Assembly: GCA_943329075.2 (NCBI GenBank)
Contig: CALQCM020000004.1
Span: 51,123 to 115,122, forward strand
DNA: 64,000 nucleotides
Origin: Chitinophaga pinensis
Lineage (GTDB): Bacteria; Pseudomonadota; Gammaproteobacteria; Burkholderiales; SG8-41
Direction: 5' to 3'
Shown: positions 25,786 through 34,361 of the stretch, piece after piece
Layout of the letters: every line of letters begins with the position of its first letter
Numbering within the stretch: position 1 is the first letter of the stretch
Notes under the pieces: generated by a model
Databases searched by the model: none
Seen by the model: only the letters and a program-made list of their open reading frames with translations
What the model was told of the DNA's origin: nothing
Translations under genes and position numbers: made by a program

Positions 25786-26304
25786 TTATTTGCTCGGCGT
25801 GGGGAGCGGTTCAGCAATCCATTTTCCGTCTTTGAATGAGAGTCGTCCCTCAACATGAATAGATGGACAGCAAAGCGCATCCTTGGAGAAGTCGAAATCC
25901 ATAGCGACATATCGCAATTCACCGTTCTTGACGAATATTCTTTCGGTGTATTGTGGCAACCCCTCATTTTTTGCGACCGGAAATGACCGTTCAGGACGCA
26001 TGAAAACGCGACCCTGAATTCCTTGCTCGATTACTGCAATAGCGGAGTGAGACATTGCGGAGCCTTCGCTACATCCTGGGTCAATCGCAAACAGGGCAAT
26101 ATAGGTCGGCGGTACGTTTCGGCCATCTAGGTCATGGCGGATAATGTTTCGGCGCTCAAACCTTAATAGACACCCGATAGTACCTGCATACGCTTTTACG
26201 ACTTTTTCAACTTTGACGATTGGAATTGCCGGTTCGGCGCATATTGCATAGCCGGACGTGCACAGCGATAGAAGAAGAATCTTCGGAATCCGCTTCAATT
26301 TCAC
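25786..26304 (-). CDS. orphan secreted hypothetical protein in a low-GC islet
   Basis: 172 aa with a GTG start and signal peptide (M)KLKRIPKILLLSLCTSGYAICA. Two hand-counted 100-nt samples have 45 and 50 G+C, against 69 in the neighbouring gene. Confidence 0.55.
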   Translation of the reverse strand: MKLKRIPKILLLSLCTSGYAICAEPAIPIVKVEKVVKAYAGTIGCLLRFERRNIIRHDLDGRNVPPTYIALFAIDPGCSEGSAMSHSAIAVIEQGIQGRVFMRPERSFPVAKNEGLPQYTERIFVKNGELRYVAMDFDFSKDALCCPSIHVEGRLSFKDGKWIAEPLPTPSK

Positions 26305-26350
26305 GCTCTAACGCCTATTTTTTGAAAAATTGATACTTCAAGCGTAGACA

Positions 26351-27187
26351 CTAAACATCCTGCGGCGTCCCCGCATCCGCCCTATGATGCGCGATCTCTC
26401 TTGCCGCCGCGCCGCCGCGGATATTGCGCCCCGTCGGCGTCCACGTGCAGACCGAGGCACCCGGCGCCCACGTCGTTTTGAATACACCGGGCACGAAGAA
26501 TTCGACGAAGCGCATTTCGGCGGCGGCGTCGCTTTTCAGGAAATGACGTTCGCGGTCGGCATACCAGATGAGATCGCCCTTGCGCACGCTGAAAGGTTGT
26601 TCGTTCGCCCACGCCGTGCCCGAACCGGTCAGCACGTACATGAAATGCTCGGCGCCTTCGTGGTGATGGTTGGCGGCCTGGGTGCCGGCGGGGTAGATGA
26701 TCATTTCGCCCTTGATCGCCTTGGTGCCGAAGAGTTTGGGTGTGACCATGTAAATGCGTTTGCGCGCGTCGTGTTCGGAATCGAGCACCGGCTCCTGTGT
26801 CCAGTCGACGATCCGCATCTGCGGCGGGTTGGTGGTCATCTGCGCGTCGAAGCGTGCGGCGTCGGGCACTTCGGCGAAGAGCAGGGCCGCGCCCTGCGTT
26901 GAGGTCAGCGTGCCGGTGAACGACGGCGGCACGAAGGCGACGTGTGCTTCGGTGAGGGCCAGCGTGCCGCCGGCATGCGTGAGTGTGGCGGCCCCTTCGA
27001 GCACCTGAAACCAGGCGAGGTTGCCGGCGGCGATTTTCAATTCGTGCGTGGCGCCTGCGGCAAGCAACAGACGGTCTAGCAGCACGCTGGTGTTCTTGTT
27101 ACTGGCCGTGGTCATCAGGCGCTGGCGGCTGACGCCGGCGCTGACGGGTTCGGCGACGACGGCATCCTGGTTGATGGTGACGGCCAT
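26351..27187 (-). CDS. bicupin-domain protein
   Basis: 278 aa. The C-terminal cupin carries metal ligands (ANHHHEGAEHFMYVLTG...H). The N-terminal cupin-like half lacks them. Confidence 0.7.
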   Translation of the reverse strand: MAVTINQDAVVAEPVSAGVSRQRLMTTASNKNTSVLLDRLLLAAGATHELKIAAGNLAWFQVLEGAATLTHAGGTLALTEAHVAFVPPSFTGTLTSTQGAALLFAEVPDAARFDAQMTTNPPQMRIVDWTQEPVLDSEHDARKRIYMVTPKLFGTKAIKGEMIIYPAGTQAANHHHEGAEHFMYVLTGSGTAWANEQPFSVRKGDLIWYADRERHFLKSDAAAEMRFVEFFVPGVFKTTWAPGASVCTWTPTGRNIRGGAAAREIAHHRADAGTPQDV

Positions 27188-27384
27188 TGCATCCTCCGGT
27201 TATTGTGGTGATTGTGCGGGGCTGGTTGATAATTTACCATGCGTCAGTTGCCACCACCGCCGTCGTTGTTTGTCACGACAGCATCACATTCACCTTAAAC
27301 TTTGGCCTACCACGGGATACTCCCTCGCCCCGCCTGCGGGGAGAGGGTCATCGAGGTTCCTTTTAACTCAATCGGAAAACAAGA

Positions 27385-28476
27385 ATGAAGATCACCCATA
27401 TTCAAACGCAAATCGTGAAACTGCCCGACGACGAACCGCTGGCCAACGGCCCGGCGGCGAAGGGCGCGACGCGCGATTTCGTCACCTTGACCATAGGCAC
27501 CGATCAGGGCATCGAAGGCATCGGCGCGACCTTTTTCGGCGGCGCGTTGACGGGTGCCTTGCGCGTGGCGCTGCAGGCGCTCGGCGAGCTGACCATCGGC
27601 ATGGACCCTCTGAAGATCGAGGCGCTGGTGGCGAAGCTGCGCGCGGCGGCGGGGCAGAGCGGCCCCGGCGGCATTTTCACGCTGGCACTGTCGGCGATCG
27701 ACATCGCGTTGTGGGACATCAAGGGCAAGGCGCTCAATCTGCCGCTGGCGAAAATGCTCGGCGGTTACCGCGAGAAAGTGCCGACTTATGCCAGCGGCGC
27801 GCTGATGCGCGGTTTTTCGCTCGACCACCTGCTGAAGGCGGGGCCGACGCTGGTGCAGAACGGCTTCAAGCAGATGAAGACCCAGCTCGCACTGCCCAGC
27901 GACACCAATCCGGGAAAAGAAGTCGAGCGTATCCGCCTGCTGCGCGAAGCGATCGGCCCCGACATCGACCTCATGTGCGACATCAACCAGCGCTGGGACG
28001 TGCGGCAGGCGATCTCGATTGGCCGCCGCATTGAGGAATACAACCTGTTCTGGCTCGAAGACGTCACTGCGCACGACGATTACGCCGGCCTCGCGCGCGT
28101 GGCCGATGCGCTGGCAACGCCGGTGGCCGGCGGCGAATACGTGTACGGTCTCGCGCCCTTCCGCCATATGCTGGAAGCGCGTTCGGTCGATATCGTCATG
28201 ATCGACGTGCTGCGCTCCGGCGGCATCACCGGCTGGATGAAGATTGCCGGCATGGCCGAAGCCTTCAACGTGCCGGTGGTCAACCATCTGTATCCGGAAA
28301 TCTCGGTGCATCTGGTCGCCGCCATTCCGCACGGCCTCACCGTTGAATACATGCCGTGGTCGTCGGGCCTCTATGAGGAAGTGCCGCAGCCGGTGAATGG
28401 CGAGCTGATCGTGCCGGACAAGCCGGGCCTCGGCCTCAAGTTTGATCAGGCGGCGTTAAAGAAATACGGCGTGTAA
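27385..28476 (+). CDS. mandelate racemase/muconate lactonizing enzyme family (enolase superfamily) dehydratase-like protein
   Basis: 363 aa with the typical MR/MLE N-terminal capping domain and barrel (ALWDIKGKA, DxNQ, WLEDV). Confidence 0.85.
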   Translation: MKITHIQTQIVKLPDDEPLANGPAAKGATRDFVTLTIGTDQGIEGIGATFFGGALTGALRVALQALGELTIGMDPLKIEALVAKLRAAAGQSGPGGIFTLALSAIDIALWDIKGKALNLPLAKMLGGYREKVPTYASGALMRGFSLDHLLKAGPTLVQNGFKQMKTQLALPSDTNPGKEVERIRLLREAIGPDIDLMCDINQRWDVRQAISIGRRIEEYNLFWLEDVTAHDDYAGLARVADALATPVAGGEYVYGLAPFRHMLEARSVDIVMIDVLRSGGITGWMKIAGMAEAFNVPVVNHLYPEISVHLVAAIPHGLTVEYMPWSSGLYEEVPQPVNGELIVPDKPGLGLKFDQAALKKYGV

Positions 28477-28483
28477 CAATCTC

Positions 28484-28569
28484 CGTCACCCCCGCGAAAG
28501 CGGGAGTCCATGAGTTCTTGCTGTTTAATACACAAAAACTGGATTCCCGCCTTCGCGGGAATGACGCAG
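28484..28569. repeat. REP-like family A inverted pair (cgtca(c/t)(c/t)cccgcgaaagcggga(g/a)tcc ... ggattcccgccttcgcgggaatgacg)
   Basis: Each arm is itself a hairpin of the form ATTCCC-N8-GGGAAT. Other copies lie at 29665-29755, 45254-45319 and 49088-49156. Confidence 0.8.
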
Positions 28570-28596
28570 TAAAAAATCGTCACGGGGGAGAACAAC

Positions 28597-29301
28597 ATGA
28601 TTGCAGCGCAAGGTTTGCGAAAAGCGGGGCTGGCGTGGTCGGTTGTCATTTGCGTGGCGGGATTTTCGAGCGCTGTGTTCGCGCAGGACAAAAGCGTTGC
28701 CCCCGGCATCAACCAGCCCTTCATCGACCGGCCGTTCGAAGCGTGGGCTGAATCATTTCACAAGGAAGGGCGCGAGGTTTTCGACAAACGCAACGAGATT
28801 GTCGCCGCCTCGCAGGTCAAACCCGGTATGACGGTGGCCGACATCGGCGCCGGCACCGGCTTGTTCTCGCGGCTGTTTTCGAACGCGGTGGGTGCGGGCG
28901 GCAAGGTCTACGCCGTCGATATCACCAAGCCTTTTGTCGACGCCACGATGGCCAATGTGAAGAAGGAAGGTTTCCCCAATATCACCGGTGTCGTTAACAC
29001 ACCGAAGGACGTGCCGGTGCCGGCGGGATCGGTCGATGTGGCTTTCCTCTCGGACGTCTATCACCATTTCGAATATCCGCAGGCGATGCTGCGTGCCATG
29101 CACGCCGCGCTCAAACCCGGCGGCACGCTGGCGATCGTCGAGTTTGATCGCATCGAAGGGGTGAGCAGCCCGCGCATTCTGGAGCATGTGCGTCAGGACA
29201 AGGCCACGCTGATTAAAGAAGCTGAAGGCGAGGGTTTCAAACTGATCGAAGAAAAGCGTTTCATGAAGCAGAATTATTTTCTGCGTTTTGCCAAACAGTA
29301 A
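28597..29301 (+). CDS. class I SAM-dependent methyltransferase with N-terminal signal/anchor
   Basis: 234 aa with motif I VADIGAGTGLF and a GGGGGAG SD sequence upstream. Confidence 0.8.
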   Translation: MIAAQGLRKAGLAWSVVICVAGFSSAVFAQDKSVAPGINQPFIDRPFEAWAESFHKEGREVFDKRNEIVAASQVKPGMTVADIGAGTGLFSRLFSNAVGAGGKVYAVDITKPFVDATMANVKKEGFPNITGVVNTPKDVPVPAGSVDVAFLSDVYHHFEYPQAMLRAMHAALKPGGTLAIVEFDRIEGVSSPRILEHVRQDKATLIKEAEGEGFKLIEEKRFMKQNYFLRFAKQ

Positions 29302-29317
29302 TCACAAGGAGACCGCA

Positions 29318-29623
29318 GTGGCCGCATATTGGTTGTCGCGTTGCAAAATCAACGATCCCGTCGAATACAAGAAATACACCGACCTCGTGCCGGGCATCAT
29401 CGCCAAGTACGGTGGCAAGGTGCTGGCACGCGGCGGCAAGTACCAGATCATGGAAGGCACGGATAAATTCCACCGTTTCGTCGTCATCGAGTTTCCGACG
29501 CTGGAGCAGGCGGTGAAGTGCAACAGTTCGCCCGAATACCAGGCGGCTGCTGCGTACCGTCGCGCGCCCGGCGTTGGCGAAGTCGAGCAGGTGATGGTCG
29601 ATGGTGGGGATGCGACTACTTGA
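29318..29623 (+). CDS. DUF1330 domain protein
   Basis: GTG 29318 lies 7 nt after AAGGAG, giving 101 aa: AAYWLSRCKINDPVEYKKYTDLV...VVIEFPTLEQA. Confidence 0.75.
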   Translation: MAAYWLSRCKINDPVEYKKYTDLVPGIIAKYGGKVLARGGKYQIMEGTDKFHRFVVIEFPTLEQAVKCNSSPEYQAAAAYRRAPGVGEVEQVMVDGGDATT

Positions 29624-29664
29624 ACCGATAACATCATCCAAATTGATGCGGGCTTTTATTTGCC

Positions 29665-29755
29665 GCGTCATTCCCGCGAAAGCGGGAATCCAGGTTTTGA
29701 AAGAACAAGATCATTGCTGAATTCCTGGGCTCCCGCTTTCGTGGGAGCGACGAAA
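29665..29755. repeat. REP-like family A inverted pair
   Basis: cgcgtcattcccgcgaaagcgggaatccagg ... cctgggctcccgctttcgtgggagcgacg. Confidence 0.8.
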
Positions 29756-29759
29756 GACC

Positions 29760-29850
29760 GTGGCTCGGAAGGAGCGCAGCGTATTCCGGGGGCCGGTTAA
29801 CGGATTTGAAATCTTCCCGGAATACGCTGCGCTCCTTCCGGGCTACAAAA
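29760..29850. repeat. REP-like family B inverted pair
   Basis: gtggctcggaaggagcgcagcgtattccggg ... cccggaatacgctgcgctccttccgggctac. Confidence 0.8.
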
Positions 29851-29869
29851 ACGTTGCAGGAGATTTGAC

Positions 29870-30685
29870 ATGGGAATGGACGTCGTTGATTACAAGGTAT
29901 ACGGCGCCGAAATGCAGTTCGTCGAAATCGAACTCGATCCGGCGGAGGCGGCGGTCGGCGAAGCCGGCAGCATGTTCTACATGGAAGACAACATCACCAT
30001 GGAGACCATCTTCGGCGATGGCTCGGCGCAGCAAACGGGCTTTCTCGACAAGGTGCTCGGCGCCGGCAAACGGCTGCTGACCGGCGAATCGCTGTTCACC
30101 ACCGTCTACACCAATGGTGGCAAGGAGAAACGCAAGGTTGCCTTCGGCGCGCCGTATCCGGGCAAGATCGTGCCAATCGATTTGAGCAAGGTCGGCGGCA
30201 CGTTCATCTGCCAGAAGGACGCCTTTCTTTGCGCCGCCAGGGGTGTGCAGCTCGGTATCGCGTTCCAGAAAAAACTCGGCGCCGGATTTTTCGGCGGCGA
30301 GGGTTTCATCATGCAGAAGCTCGACGGCGATGGCATGGCCTTTCTGCACGCCGGAGGCACCATGCACCAGCGCAACCTAAAGCCCGGTGAAGTGCTGCGC
30401 GTCGATACCGGTTGCCTCGTCGGGTTGCAGACCTCGGTCGATTACGACATCGAATACGTCGGCGGCATCAAGACCGCTTTGTTCGGCGGCGAAGGCCTGT
30501 TCTTCGCGACACTGCGCGGGCCCGGTGCCGTGATCCTGCAATCGCTGCCGTTCTCGCGTCTCGCCTCGCGCATCTTCGCTGCGGCACCGCGTTCGAAAGG
30601 CGGTGGTGGCGGCAGTCGCGACGAAGGCAGTATTTTGGGCGGCCTCGGCAGTGTGATTGGCGGCCGTGGCGGTGACGACGACTGA
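29870..30685 (+). CDS. AIM24/TIGR00266 (DUF124) family protein
   Basis: 271 aa: [31 protein letters not shown]... with a Gly-rich acidic C-terminal tail. Confidence 0.8.
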   Translation: MGMDVVDYKVYGAEMQFVEIELDPAEAAVGEAGSMFYMEDNITMETIFGDGSAQQTGFLDKVLGAGKRLLTGESLFTTVYTNGGKEKRKVAFGAPYPGKIVPIDLSKVGGTFICQKDAFLCAARGVQLGIAFQKKLGAGFFGGEGFIMQKLDGDGMAFLHAGGTMHQRNLKPGEVLRVDTGCLVGLQTSVDYDIEYVGGIKTALFGGEGLFFATLRGPGAVILQSLPFSRLASRIFAAAPRSKGGGGGSRDEGSILGGLGSVIGGRGGDDD

Positions 30686-31755
30686 TGCCGCGTTTTAGCG
30701 GCGTGGTATTCGGGCCCGGCTATGCCGATGCGGGTACGCCGGTTGCGTTTGCTGCAGACGCCAACGGCGTAACGCTCAATGGCGGCAGTGCATCGCCGCG
30801 CTGGAGCAACATCACCATCGCCAAATCCGGTTGGGACGGCACGCAACTGCGTCTTGAATGGAGTGGCGGCGCCGGCCACTTCGCGCTGACGATTGCGGAT
30901 GCGGCCGCAGTGCAGGCGGTGGGGGCGTTTGCCGGGAGCCGCGCCGTGCGTGCCGCCGGCCACGGCAGCGCAACGCGCGCCTGGATGTGGGGCATCATCG
31001 GCACTGCCTTCGCGCTGCTGCTGTTATTGTTGCTTGCCCTGCTGCTGGCGCACGAACGTATTGCGGGCTGGATCGTCGAGGCCATTCCGATCGAGCAGGA
31101 GACGCGCTTCGGCGCGCAACTGTTTGAGCGGCAGAAGGCCGGCCTCAAACTGGTGGACGGGGCGCCGCTGAAAATGGTCGACGACCTCGGCGCTAGGCTG
31201 GCGCAGGGCTCGCGGTATCAATTCAAATTTCACGTTGCCGACGACAAAAGCGTCAACGCCTATGCGATGCCCGGCGGCTTCATCGTCGTGCACAGCGGCC
31301 TGCTGGCACTCGCCGGTTCCGCTGATGAAGTGGCCGGCGTGCTGGCGCACGAAATTTCGCACGTCGAAAAACGCCACAGCCTGACGGCGATGGCGCAGTC
31401 GGCGGGTTTGTCTGCGACGGTGTCGATACTGTTCGGGGATCTCGGGCGGCTGGCGAGTGTCGGTGCCGATCTGCTCAATCTGAAATTTTCACGCGATCAC
31501 GAACGTGAAGCGGACAGCGCCGGGCTTGCGCTATTGGTGAAGGCGGGCATGGCACCGTCGGCGATGGCATCGTTCTTCCGCACGATGGCGGCGCAGGGTA
31601 GTGGCATACCGGCGTTTTTGTCGACGCATCCGGCGAGCGAAGAACGTTTCACTGCTATCGATGTTGCAGTGAAGGCCCTGCCGGAGGCGGCGCGCGCCGT
31701 GGCGCCGCTGGCGATTGATTACGCCGCGGTCAAGGCGGCGTTGCCAAAAAAATAG
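30685..31755 (+). CDS. M48-family zinc metalloprotease with N-terminal cytoplasmic domain and one TM
   Basis: 356 aa with an HEISHVEKRH motif. The TGATG junction gives a 1-nt overlap with the AIM24 gene. Confidence 0.85.
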   Translation: MPRFSGVVFGPGYADAGTPVAFAADANGVTLNGGSASPRWSNITIAKSGWDGTQLRLEWSGGAGHFALTIADAAAVQAVGAFAGSRAVRAAGHGSATRAWMWGIIGTAFALLLLLLLALLLAHERIAGWIVEAIPIEQETRFGAQLFERQKAGLKLVDGAPLKMVDDLGARLAQGSRYQFKFHVADDKSVNAYAMPGGFIVVHSGLLALAGSADEVAGVLAHEISHVEKRHSLTAMAQSAGLSATVSILFGDLGRLASVGADLLNLKFSRDHEREADSAGLALLVKAGMAPSAMASFFRTMAAQGSGIPAFLSTHPASEERFTAIDVAVKALPEAARAVAPLAIDYAAVKAALPKK

Positions 31756-31766
31756 CCCGCAGGTCC

Positions 31767-31850
31767 GTAGCCCGGAAGGAGCAACGCGTATTCCGGGGTT
31801 CCGCCGCGTTTCCTGTTCCCGGAATACGCTGCGCTCCTTCCGGGCTACAA
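31767..31850. repeat. REP-like family B inverted pair
   Basis: gtagcccggaaggagcaacgcgtattccgggg ... cccggaatacgctgcgctccttccgggctac. Confidence 0.8.
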
Positions 31851-31880
31851 AAAAAAGCCGCCCGCAGGCGGCCTTTTTAT
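31848..31880. terminator. bidirectional intrinsic terminator
   Basis: A8-gccgcc-cgca-ggcggc-cTTTTTATTT lies between the convergent M48 and acyl-CoA dehydrogenase genes. Confidence 0.75.
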
Positions 31881-31896
31881 TTCTGTGAAAGAGCGT

Positions 31897-33138
31897 TTAC
31901 GCCTCCGGCCCCGCATACTTGCCCGCGGTCTGCGGGAACATGTTTTTGACGATCTTGAATTTCGAAATATCGACCGTCGCATCCATGTGCAGGAACACCG
32001 CGGCGTCGCGGAACAGTTTCTCGATGCCGAAGTCGAGCATGATGCCGTTGCCGCCGTGCAGTTCGACGGCGTGCTGGCAGACTTTGAAAATCTCCTCCGA
32101 GGCGAACATCTTCGCCATGTTGCAGAGCATTTCGGCGTCCGGCGCATTTGCGTCGACCGCGCGCGAGGCTTCGTTCTGCAGTGCGCGCACCGCCGAAATC
32201 TTCGTTGCCATTTCGGCAAGGCGAATCGCCACCGCCTGGTGCTTGATCAGCGGCCGGCCGCCCTGCGAATAATTCTGCACGTATTCGGCGGTGCGCTCGA
32301 AGGCGGCGACACCGATACCGAGGTTTTTCGACGACTGGATGATCTTGCCGGGGCGAAAATAGATGCCGGCCTTGGTTAGCGCGGTGTCCTTTACCAGCAG
32401 ATGGTCTTCGGGCACTTCGCAGTCTTCGAACACCAGTTCGCCGTTGTTCATGTAGCGGCCGCCGAGCGTTTCATTGCAGCGCGCGATGGTGAAACCCTTG
32501 GTGCCGCGTGGCACCAGAAAACTCGACGTGCCCTTGGTCATGCCCGCCCCCGGCGTCGTCGTCGCGTACACAACATAGAGTTTGGAGTCGTAACCGTTGC
32601 TGATGAACTGCTTGCGGCCGTTGATCACCCAGCGGTCGCCTTTTTTGACGGCCTTGGTCTGCATCATCGCCTCGGGCACGTCGTAGGGCAGCCAGCGGTC
32701 AGAGGCACCGCGCGGTTCAGTCAGGCAGTGCGACAACAGAAAAGTCGGGTCTTTGACGATGCGCGGAAACCAGTATTCCTTCAGATGCTGCGGCAGGATA
32801 TTGCGCAACAGCACCGAGACCTTCCAGATCTGCACCATCTTGTCGGAGATGCCGCAATCGCCGCGCGATAACTCCTCGGAGATCATGGCGAAGGTCTGCA
32901 CCTCGGTTTTCGGGTCGACCGGCGTGCCGCCGAATTCCTCCGGGATGCCGAGCGTGCGGATGCCGATTTTGTGCGCCTGTTCGAGGATCTCCGGCGGCAG
33001 GCGGTTCTCCGGGCTCATGTCCCATTCGCGCTGCCAGTTCTTGCGGATGAAGGGTGTGACGAAATCGTTGACGAAGGCGCGGCAGGCGTCGCGCATCATG
33101 ATTTGTTCTTCGGATAGGCCGCGCTCATTGGTAATCAT
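31897..33138 (-). CDS. acyl-CoA dehydrogenase family protein (paralog A)
   Basis: 413 aa with the ACAD fold pattern (TEPRGASD, GRKQFISNG, ELHGGNGIMLDFGIEKLFRDA). Confidence 0.85.
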   Translation of the reverse strand: MITNERGLSEEQIMMRDACRAFVNDFVTPFIRKNWQREWDMSPENRLPPEILEQAHKIGIRTLGIPEEFGGTPVDPKTEVQTFAMISEELSRGDCGISDKMVQIWKVSVLLRNILPQHLKEYWFPRIVKDPTFLLSHCLTEPRGASDRWLPYDVPEAMMQTKAVKKGDRWVINGRKQFISNGYDSKLYVVYATTTPGAGMTKGTSSFLVPRGTKGFTIARCNETLGGRYMNNGELVFEDCEVPEDHLLVKDTALTKAGIYFRPGKIIQSSKNLGIGVAAFERTAEYVQNYSQGGRPLIKHQAVAIRLAEMATKISAVRALQNEASRAVDANAPDAEMLCNMAKMFASEEIFKVCQHAVELHGGNGIMLDFGIEKLFRDAAVFLHMDATVDISKFKIVKNMFPQTAGKYAGPEA

Positions 33139-33298
33139 TGGGGTCTTCCTCCTGGGTCGATTTTTTGTATGCCGCTATGTCCTGCCGCGGTTTGAAATCA
33201 TTCTAGCCGAACTGGCGGCAGGTGTTATTCATGCGGAAGATCGACAGACTGGCGTCCGCCGCCTTACACTGGCGGCAAAGAACGCCTGAGGAGGACGC

Positions 33299-34288
33299 AT
33301 GAATTACAAAAAATCGGAAGCCAAGGATGCTGCGCGCGCACAGTTTCGCGGCGTATGGGCTGCTATTGCCACACCATTCACTCAAGAAGGCGCGCTCGAC
33401 GAAGCGGGCCTGCGCCACAATATGCGCCATTTCACCGGCGGGCTCGGTGTGGCCGGCATTTTCTGCGCCGGCACCATGGGCGAGTTCTGGGCGCTGACCA
33501 AGGAAGAGCGCAAACGCGTTGTCGAAATCGTCGTCGAAGAGGCGCGCGGCAAATGCAAGGTCATCGCGCACACGGGGCACCATTCGCCTGACGAAACCGT
33601 CGACTTGACGCGCCATGCGCAGGAGGTCGGGGCTGATTTCGCGGTGGTGATGAATCCGTATTATCCGATCGCCGGTGAACAGGCGATTTACGAATGGTTC
33701 AAAGCCATCGTCTCGCGCGTCGAAATCGGCGTCTGGATGTTCGACACGCCGTTCTCGGGTGTCGCGCTGTCAGCGCCGCTCACCGCGCGCATCGCCGAAT
33801 TCGAGAACGTCTGCGGCATCAAGGTCTCGCGGCCGCTGCCGCATTACGCCGAGGTCAAGCGGTTGTGCGGCGACAAAATCGTTTTGAGCCATCCGTCGGA
33901 GACCGAATACCTGACACTGATGCGTGACTACGGCATGCGCGTGCACATGTCTTCCGCCGCGCCGTTTCTGATGCAGACCGCGTCGTGGCGCCTCATTCAC
34001 GAATACTCGGAGCTCGGCCTGGCCGGGCGTTTCGACGAGGCGCAGAAAGTGCGCGACTCGCTCGAGCCGGTGCGCACGGTGCACGAGCGCTGGCTGCGCG
34101 AGCCGTGGCTGAAGGAACAGTTGATCCCGATTGCCTATCTCAAGGCGTGGACCGAGATGATGGGGCTGGCCGCCGGCCCGGTGCGTGCGCCGCTGCTGCA
34201 GATTACCGATGAAGAGCGCGCGAAACTGCGCGCCGATCTGGAAGGTTGCGGGCTGCTGGCGCGCGTGCCGTCCGTCAAGGCCGCTTAG
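33299..34288 (+). CDS. dihydrodipicolinate synthase (DapA/NAL) family class I aldolase
   Basis: 329 aa with a GAGGAGG SD sequence. Features: TPF...G.D, GTMGEF, and the Schiff-base Lys context CGIKVS. Confidence 0.8.
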   Translation: MNYKKSEAKDAARAQFRGVWAAIATPFTQEGALDEAGLRHNMRHFTGGLGVAGIFCAGTMGEFWALTKEERKRVVEIVVEEARGKCKVIAHTGHHSPDETVDLTRHAQEVGADFAVVMNPYYPIAGEQAIYEWFKAIVSRVEIGVWMFDTPFSGVALSAPLTARIAEFENVCGIKVSRPLPHYAEVKRLCGDKIVLSHPSETEYLTLMRDYGMRVHMSSAAPFLMQTASWRLIHEYSELGLAGRFDEAQKVRDSLEPVRTVHERWLREPWLKEQLIPIAYLKAWTEMMGLAAGPVRAPLLQITDEERAKLRADLEGCGLLARVPSVKAA

Positions 34289-34361
34289 TCGCAACGCGGG
34301 GTGCAATCGTGGCGGGCCGTGAAGCCGGGCCGGTACACACCGTGGTAGTTCGTTGCCGCCC

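Noticed and set aside
25711-26350. Calling the low-GC islet a mobile element or genomic island.
   Set aside because: There is no integrase, transposase, tRNA target or flanking direct repeat. It is reported only as a compositional anomaly.
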